Positions 26,004-31,864 of a stretch of DNA of 31,864 nucleotides are shown here, piece by piece. Below the pieces are notes generated by a model. The model was not told the DNA's origin, made no database searches, and was given only the letters and a program-made list of their open reading frames with translations. The position numbers were made by a program, and so were the translations under genes. How positions within the stretch are numbered: the first letter of the stretch is position 1; each line of letters opens with the position of its first letter. Origin of the DNA: Alphaproteobacteria bacterium (GTDB taxonomy: Bacteria; Pseudomonadota; Alphaproteobacteria; ATCC43930; CGMCC-115725); NCBI GenBank assembly GCA_005884825.1, contig VAZT01000125.1, positions 1 through 31,864 on the forward strand. Reading direction: 5' to 3'.

Positions 26004-27308
26004 ATGTTGACGGACCGATACGGACTTCGTTTGTCCACCGCCTCACCCGCCGCGCGGGATGCCTACGTAGAGGGCTGTGAGGCAAAGCTGACCATGTACC
26101 CCGGCGCGATCGCGGCGTTCGATCGTGCCATCGCCGCGGATCCCGGCTTCGCCCTCGCCCATGCCGCCAGAGCGCACGCGCTGTTGGAGAGCGGGGACGC
26201 AGTGGCGGCACGCGCGTCTATGGCGGCGGCCAATTCCCTGGCCGCCGGTCTGTCCGCGCGGGAAGTCAGCCATATCGCATTCTTCGACTTGCTCTCGGCG
26301 GGCGACGCCGAAGCCGCACTTTCCGTATTGCCGGCGCACCTGAACGCCTGGCCGCGCGACGCCCTGGTACTCGGCACCACCGCGTTCACCAACGGCCTGA
26401 TCGGCGGTTCCGGCCGGGCCGGGCAGAAGCGCGCGCTGCTGGAGCTGCTCGACAGGCTTGCCCCGAGCTACGGCGACGATTGGTGGTTCATGGCCCATCA
26501 CGGCATGGCGTTGTCGGAGAATGGACAGCGAGATGCCGCCCGCCCGAAGATCGAACGATCCCTCGCTCAAAGCCCCAAGAACCCCTGGGCAGCGCATGCC
26601 CTGGCGCACCTGTGCTATGAGGAGGGCGATGCAAACACGGCCCGCGCCTTTCTGGCGTCTTGGCTTCCCACCTATCGGCGTGACGGCTCGTTGTATAGCC
26701 ACCTGAATTGGCATCTCGCGCTCGGCCACCTCGAGATCGGCGATGCAGAAGCGGCGTACCGGCTTCTCAGGGAAGCCTTCTCACCCGATGCGCACAGTGG
26801 GCCGCCGCGCGGGAAGGTGACCGATCCGGTCTCATTTTTGTGGCGCTGGGAACTCGCCGGGCATCCCCGCGACGCCAACGCATGGCGCACAGTGCAAGAG
26901 TTCGCGAACAGCGCGTTTCCGCGCGCCGGCGTTGCCTTTTCCGACATGCACATCGCGCTCGCGCAAGTGGTTGCTGGCAATGAGGCGGGGCTGGAGACGC
27001 GTAGGCACCAGATCGACGAGCTCGCGCGCCGGGGCCGCTATCCGTCCGGCCCCCTCGTCCCGGCGGTGTCGCACGCTTTTGCCGCTTTCGAGCGGCAAGA
27101 TTTCTGCGCCGCGATCGACGCGCTCAAACCGATCACCGGCGAACTCGAACGCATCGGCGGCAGCCGCGCACAGCTCGACCTGGTGGAGTTCACGCTGTTG
27201 AGGGCCTATATCGGCGCGGGCCGCCTGGACAATGCGCGCCGGATGTTGAGCACGCGGCGTCGAGGCTCTTCGAGGCTTCCGGTTGCCGGGTTGGCGGCGG
27301 TGCACTGA
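26004..27308 (+). CDS. TPR-repeat protein, StaR-like/TTC38 family
   Basis: MLTDRYGL.LST.S..A..AY, DPGFALAHAA, WAAHALAHLCYE, SHLNWHLAL, RIGGSRAQLDLVE; GAGGA RBS. Confidence 0.8.
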   Translation: MLTDRYGLRLSTASPAARDAYVEGCEAKLTMYPGAIAAFDRAIAADPGFALAHAARAHALLESGDAVAARASMAAANSLAAGLSAREVSHIAFFDLLSAGDAEAALSVLPAHLNAWPRDALVLGTTAFTNGLIGGSGRAGQKRALLELLDRLAPSYGDDWWFMAHHGMALSENGQRDAARPKIERSLAQSPKNPWAAHALAHLCYEEGDANTARAFLASWLPTYRRDGSLYSHLNWHLALGHLEIGDAEAAYRLLREAFSPDAHSGPPRGKVTDPVSFLWRWELAGHPRDANAWRTVQEFANSAFPRAGVAFSDMHIALAQVVAGNEAGLETRRHQIDELARRGRYPSGPLVPAVSHAFAAFERQDFCAAIDALKPITGELERIGGSRAQLDLVEFTLLRAYIGAGRLDNARRMLSTRRRGSSRLPVAGLAAVH

Positions 27309-28252
27309 TGCGCTACGGCTTCTATCTGCCCACCCGCGGCCCGACCGCGACGCGCGACGGCATTCTCGCTCTGGCACGCGAAGGCGAGCGGCTGGGCTTC
27401 CACTCGGCGATGGTCGCGGACCACATCGTCTTGCCGGTCGAGAGCCAATCCACCTACCCGTACACATTGGACGGCAAGCACCCGAGCGTCGGCGATGCGC
27501 TGGAGACGTTCTCGATCCTCGGGGTGGCGGCCGGCGCAACGGAGCGGCTGCGGCTCGTCACCTCCGTACTGGTACTGCCCTACCGCAATCCGGTGCTGAC
27601 CGCGAAAATGGCGGCGTCGCTCGATGTGTTGTCCGGCGGCCGGCTCACCCTAGGCGTCGGCGCCGGCTGGCTGAAGGAGGAATTCGAGGCGCTGAACAGC
27701 CCCGCCTTCAGTGCGCGCGGCGCGGTGACCGATGAGTGGATCGCGATCTTCAAGCAGCTCTGGTCGCAGTCGCCCGCCAGCTTCAATGGCGGCTTCTACC
27801 GATACTCCGATATCCGCTGCGAACCCTTCCCGCTGCAGAAGCCGCACCCGCCAATCTGGGTCGGCGGGCATTCCCGGGCCGCGCTGCGGCGCACAGCGCG
27901 GCATGGCGACGGCTGGCACCCGGTAGGCGCCATCGCCGCCTCGCCGCTGCCGCCGCAAGAGATGCGCGCGCATCTCGACACCTTGAAGCGGCTGACCGAG
28001 GCCGAGGGGCGCGATTTCTCGGCACTGACGATCTCCTACAAGGCGCCACTTTATGACACCGGCATCCCGTCGCCTGACGGATCCCGCCGCCCCTTCTCCG
28101 GCGAGCCGGAACAGATTGCCGGCGACATTCGCACTTTCGCGGCGATCGGCGTGCACGAGTTGGTCTTCGATTGCCGCGGCCAGTCGATTGCGGAGAGCGT
28201 CGAGCGTCTGCAATGGTTCGCCACTGACGTAATCCCGCTGGTGGACGGCTAA
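27308..28252 (+). CDS. LLM-class oxidoreductase, probable F420-dependent Rv2161c-like subfamily
   Basis: GFHSAMVADHIVLP, LVTSVLVLPYRNPVLTAK, SGGRLTLGVGAGWLKEEF, PPIWVGGHSRAALRR; TGATG overlap with the TPR gene. Cofactor not proven. Confidence 0.88.
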   Translation: MRYGFYLPTRGPTATRDGILALAREGERLGFHSAMVADHIVLPVESQSTYPYTLDGKHPSVGDALETFSILGVAAGATERLRLVTSVLVLPYRNPVLTAKMAASLDVLSGGRLTLGVGAGWLKEEFEALNSPAFSARGAVTDEWIAIFKQLWSQSPASFNGGFYRYSDIRCEPFPLQKPHPPIWVGGHSRAALRRTARHGDGWHPVGAIAASPLPPQEMRAHLDTLKRLTEAEGRDFSALTISYKAPLYDTGIPSPDGSRRPFSGEPEQIAGDIRTFAAIGVHELVFDCRGQSIAESVERLQWFATDVIPLVDG

Positions 28253-28304
28253 ACGTGGCCGATATCGCGAGACGGCCGTCCCGGACTTCGAACGGTATTT
28301 GCGT

Positions 28305-28865
28305 TTAGGAGGCTGTCGCGGTCTGCACGCGTGCGGGATTGCCGAAGGCAGTAGCCCCGGCAGGCACATCACGGGTGACCACGCTGCCGGCGCCGATCAG
28401 CGCATCATCGCCAATGGAAACGCCCGGCAGGATGATCGCTCCCGCTCCGATCCAAACGTTGCGCCCGATGCGGACCGGCCGGCCAAACTCCAGGCCGGAG
28501 GCTCGCCCCGCCGCGTCGCGCGGATGGTCGGCCGCAAGGATCTGCACCCCCGGCCCGATCTGCGTGCGGTCACCGATGGTGACCTCCACGACATCGAGGA
28601 TCACGCAGTTGAAGTTCAGAAACACGCCAGCACCGAGGCGAATGTTGAAGCCGTAGTCGCAATGGAATGGCGGCCGGACAACGGCGCCGTCTCCGACAGC
28701 GGCGAAGCTTTCGACGAGTAGTTTGCGCCGCTCGGAGGGGGCCATGTCGAGTGCAGCATTGTAGCGCGCAAGCCACCTGTGGGCCGCGGCCAACTCTGCT
28801 TGTATTTCGGGCGCGCTGGCGTCGTACAGCTCCCCGGCAAGCATCTTCTCCTTCTCCGTGCGCAT
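28305..28865 (-). CDS. maa: Sugar O-acetyltransferase (maltose/galactoside acetyltransferase family)
   Basis: EKEKMLAGELY, PPFHCDYGFNI, hexapeptide repeats VRIGRNVWIGAGAIILPGVSIGDDALIGAGSVVTRDVP. Confidence 0.9.
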   Translation of the reverse strand: MRTEKEKMLAGELYDASAPEIQAELAAAHRWLARYNAALDMAPSERRKLLVESFAAVGDGAVVRPPFHCDYGFNIRLGAGVFLNFNCVILDVVEVTIGDRTQIGPGVQILAADHPRDAAGRASGLEFGRPVRIGRNVWIGAGAIILPGVSIGDDALIGAGSVVTRDVPAGATAFGNPARVQTATAS

Positions 28866-28908
28866 GATGCGCCCGTTGCTTGCGGCCCGCCCCGGCAGCT
28901 AACTTACA

Positions 28909-29733
28909 TCACCGTTTGCCGCCGGCCGGGAGCGGCCAGCCGATCCAGTGACACAGGGCCTCGCCCATGACGAGATCGAGGTCGCGGCCCTTCAGCCACG
29001 GCAATTCCTCGGTGAACAAACTCACGCACTGCCGCCAGGAGCACGGCATCCGGGTGATGTCGGTGCCCCAGAACATGCGCTCGGGACCAAACGCGTCGAA
29101 GCAGCGACGCAGGTGCGGATGCAGGCTGCGGAACGGGTATTCGTCCTCGGCGTAGCCGGCCTGTCCGGTCGCCTTCACCGCCACGTTCGGGTATTTGGCC
29201 AAAGCCAGCAATTCCGGCTGGAAACGATAGGCCGCCTCGCCCTTGCTGGCGCGCGGCACCCCCATGTGATCGACGATCAGCTTCAGGCCGGGGTGGCGCT
29301 CAGCGATTTGGCCTACGGTCGGCAAAAACATCGCCGCGCCGAGTGACACCGGCACTTGGGCGCGTTCGGCGGCGGGCCACAGCCAGTCGAGGGTGCCGTC
29401 GGTGAACCAGGATTGCGGGTGCCGCTCGTTGGTGTAGAAACGCAGGCCGAGCATGCCCGGCCGCTCCTTCCAGTGCGCGACGACGTCGCGGCCGTTGGGG
29501 TCGTCGAGATAGAACCAACCCATGATCGCGAAGCGGTCGGGGTATTTGCGCACCGCTGCGAGCGCCAGCTCGTTCGAGTCCGGGTCCCACAGCACCGGGT
29601 GGATCAATGCCCGGCCGACGCCGGCCTCATTCATGCCGGCGATCGCCTGCTCGGCCGAATAGGGCTCCTGGCGATGATGCGCGGACGGCGTTCCCTTTTC
29701 CCAGAGATGGATCTGTGCGTCGACGATCAACAT
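28909..29733 (-). CDS. Amidohydrolase_2 family protein (274 aa)
   Basis: IVDAQIHLW, LIVDHMG, LAKYPNVAVKATG, FGPERMFWGTD. Confidence 0.9.
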   Translation of the reverse strand: MLIVDAQIHLWEKGTPSAHHRQEPYSAEQAIAGMNEAGVGRALIHPVLWDPDSNELALAAVRKYPDRFAIMGWFYLDDPNGRDVVAHWKERPGMLGLRFYTNERHPQSWFTDGTLDWLWPAAERAQVPVSLGAAMFLPTVGQIAERHPGLKLIVDHMGVPRASKGEAAYRFQPELLALAKYPNVAVKATGQAGYAEDEYPFRSLHPHLRRCFDAFGPERMFWGTDITRMPCSWRQCVSLFTEELPWLKGRDLDLVMGEALCHWIGWPLPAGGKR

Positions 29734-29768
29734 TGGTGTGTTCCTTCCGCTTCATGGCAATCGCGACT

Positions 29769-29804
29769 GCCAGGGTTAGCTGAGACGCCAGGGTTAGCTG
29801 AGAC
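29769..29804. repeat. Tandem duplication, 2 x 18 bp (GCCAGGGTTAGCTGAGAC), spanning the stop codon of the upstream amidohydrolase
   Basis: Two exact adjacent copies; on the minus strand each unit contains CTC AGC TAA. Confidence 0.85.
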
Positions 29805-30960
29805 GATAGACGCGCTTTGCCGTGCCGCTGAACAGCTTCGCCTTTTCGTCGGCCGAGTAGCCGGCGGCCAGGCGTTTGAAGGCGTTCCACAGTACGGCGT
29901 AGCTCGAACTGACGCCGTCCGGCGGGAAGTTGCTCTCGAACATGCCGCGGTCGGGGCCGAACGCCGCTATGCAAGTCTCGATGTAGGGCTTGTAGGCGCG
30001 CGCCAACTCTTCCGACGAGGGCGGCGTCTCGCGCGTGTGGAAATCGAACATGCCGAACAGCATGCCGAGCCCGCCGAGCTTGACGACGACGTTCTGGCAC
30101 TTGCCGAGCTCGGCGATGCCGGCCTTCCACACCGCGAAGGTTTCCTCTTTCTTGTCCGCGTACGGGCCGATGCCGAGCGGTCCGCCGACATGGTTCAGGA
30201 TGATCGTCGTCTGAGGGAAGGCGCGCGCCAGATCCGCCAGCTCGATAAGCTGCGGGTGGTACAGCCAAGCCTCGAAGGTCAGGTCCAGCGGCGCCAGCCG
30301 AGCAAACCCGGAGCGCCAGGTCGCATCGGCCATCTGGTGCTGCGACGAGTTGGTGCGGCCGCGCGAGAATATTTCGCTGGGGTCCCAAACCACCGAGTGG
30401 CGGATGCCGCGGAAGCGGCCGTCGCCGGCGGCGATCTCCGCCTCCAGCACGCGCGCCACACTGTCGCCGAGGCGCAAATCGGCGTGACCGACGATGCCGG
30501 CGCATAGCCGGCTCTTGCCGAACTGTCCGCTCGCGCTCATCGCCGCCGTGCCGTTGACGAATTCGATTTCGCCGACCGGCTTCATCTCCGCCGGCCCGTC
30601 GGCGCGGTACATCGAGCCGCATTCGACAAAGACGCTGTGCGTGATGTTGTGACCGCTGCCGGTATCGGCGAGCAACTGGTCGAGCAGGTAGCGGTGCTCT
30701 TTGCGATCCCACAGATGATGGTGCGGATCGACGATCTCGAGCGCCGGCTCGAGGATTTCCTCCTTCCGCTGCGCCCACCACGCCGGATCGCCGTAGCGCG
30801 ATCCGGGCGGAGAGCTGCCGGCCACGGCGACCGCAGGTGCAGCGCCGGTTTGCGACCGTACAGTAGTCGGGCGCAGCACGGCGCCGCCAAGCACTCCCGC
30901 CGTCCCGGCCAGCATCGTGCGTCGCAATACCGAACGAGGGCGAACCGTCTTCTCAGTCAT
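29794..30960 (-). CDS. Amidohydrolase_2 family protein (sugar-lactonase-like) with a twin-arginine-type leader
   Basis: GGAG before ATG 30960; leader VLRRTMLAGTAGVLGGAVL; IVDPHHHLWD, GRFRGIRH, ILNHVGGP, MFESNFP. Confidence 0.9.
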   Translation of the reverse strand: MTEKTVRPRSVLRRTMLAGTAGVLGGAVLRPTTVRSQTGAAPAVAVAGSSPPGSRYGDPAWWAQRKEEILEPALEIVDPHHHLWDRKEHRYLLDQLLADTGSGHNITHSVFVECGSMYRADGPAEMKPVGEIEFVNGTAAMSASGQFGKSRLCAGIVGHADLRLGDSVARVLEAEIAAGDGRFRGIRHSVVWDPSEIFSRGRTNSSQHQMADATWRSGFARLAPLDLTFEAWLYHPQLIELADLARAFPQTTIILNHVGGPLGIGPYADKKEETFAVWKAGIAELGKCQNVVVKLGGLGMLFGMFDFHTRETPPSSEELARAYKPYIETCIAAFGPDRGMFESNFPPDGVSSSYAVLWNAFKRLAAGYSADEKAKLFSGTAKRVYRLS

Positions 30961-31013
30961 CGCGTCTCCTCCAATTTCCTGGTTCAAGGTGCATGACATC
31001 GGTTCCGTGAGCC

Positions 31014-31864
31014 TTACTCCGCTACACGGGTTTTGCGTTCGGTTATCCAGGACTTTACCTGGTCGTAGTAGTTGGCGAGATAGTACTCGGCGATGTCATC
31101 GGCGGTAGTGGCCCAGACGCCGTCATGCCCGAGAATGTAGCGCAGCGCCTCGTCGAGATGCTTGGCCGCGTTCGGCCGGCCGATATTGTGCGGGTGCAGC
31201 GACAGGCACATCACGCGTCCGTTCTCGGCGCCCTCGCGGTAGAGCGTGTCGAACTGGTCCTTGATCATCTGCTGGAAGTAATCCGCCTCGCGGCTCCAGG
31301 CGAGCATGCCGGCGTCGTTGGTCTGGCCGGTATAGGGGACGAAAATGAATTTCTGGCCGCCGCGGACGTTGATCGGCCAAGGCTGGTCGTCGATGATCCA
31401 TGACGTGTGGTAGAGACAGCCCGCCTCGGCCATCAAATCGTCCGTCCGCACCGTGTACCCCGCTCCGCCGCCGAGCCGTCCTTTCAGGCGCTTGCCGGTC
31501 ATCTCGTTGAGATGGGAGATGAAATCCTGCCAATAAACGCGCTCCTCTTCCTCGGTCAGGTCGTAAATCGGCCGGCTATTGTAGAGGCCATGCGCCATGT
31601 AGTCCCAGTCGGCGGCGATCATGGCGTCCTTGATCTCGGGGAAGTGGTCGAGGATCTCGAGGTTCAGGCAACAGCAGGCGCGCAGCTTGTGCTTGTTCAG
31701 CACGTCGAGCATGCGCCAGAACCCGACGCGGTTGCCGTAATCCATGCGCGAATAGAACGGAGTATCCGGCTGGGTCGGCCGGTTCTCCGGCAGGTATTCG
31801 AAGAACTCCATATTCGGCGCGACCCAGAACGCCACGCGCGCATTGTTCGGCCATTTAATGATCG
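31014..31864 (-). CDS. Polysaccharide deacetylase / CE4 family protein, PuuE allantoinase-like (5' end outside the window)
   Basis: Frame is open to the right edge (..IIKWPNNARVAFWVAPNMEFFE); DYGNRVGFWR, YMAHG, QMIKDQFDTLYREG, LSLHPHNIGRP. Confidence 0.9.
   Translation of the reverse strand, partial: IIKWPNNARVAFWVAPNMEFFEYLPENRPTQPDTPFYSRMDYGNRVGFWRMLDVLNKHKLRACCCLNLEILDHFPEIKDAMIAADWDYMAHGLYNSRPIYDLTEEEERVYWQDFISHLNEMTGKRLKGRLGGGAGYTVRTDDLMAEAGCLYHTSWIIDDQPWPINVRGGQKFIFVPYTGQTNDAGMLAWSREADYFQQMIKDQFDTLYREGAENGRVMCLSLHPHNIGRPNAAKHLDEALRYILGHDGVWATTADDIAEYYLANYYDQVKSWITERKTRVAE

Noticed and set aside
1-31864. CRISPR array, tRNA, rRNA, IS element, prophage or defence system
   Set aside because: No regularly spaced repeats, cloverleaf or rRNA signature, transposase, integrase, phage or nuclease-effector genes seen on either strand.

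Overview
GC-rich alphaproteobacterial chromosome segment. A Rhodospirillales-like soil lineage is inferred from gene content and a CtrA-type box. The left part is housekeeping: partial dcp, an SDR, infC with an AUA start, thrS split by an internal deletion plus frameshift, and a GT4 glycosyltransferase. A 0.7-kb mosaic of gene remnants follows. The rest is mostly accessory metabolism: AKR-amidohydrolase-lactonase-amidohydrolase, a secreted MetX-like hydrolase, a frameshifted MFS, Ku with an acidic insertion, HAD, a membrane adenylate cyclase, a SAM methyltransferase, a CmcJ/NvfI-like oxygenase, ExoIII, YaiI, an LLM/2OG-oxygenase/StaR-like/LLM operon and a PuuE-like/amidohydrolase/acetyltransferase operon. 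The best candidate for an undescribed system is a module present twice, 15 kb apart: an array of CtrA-type TTAA/TTAC half-sites, then a tiny single-TM protein, then an unrecognised ~75-aa domain (44% identical between copies) that stands alone in one copy and is fused to an FHA domain in the other. No rRNA, tRNA, CRISPR array, integrase or transposase was seen. All family calls come from reading motifs by eye; no database searches were run.
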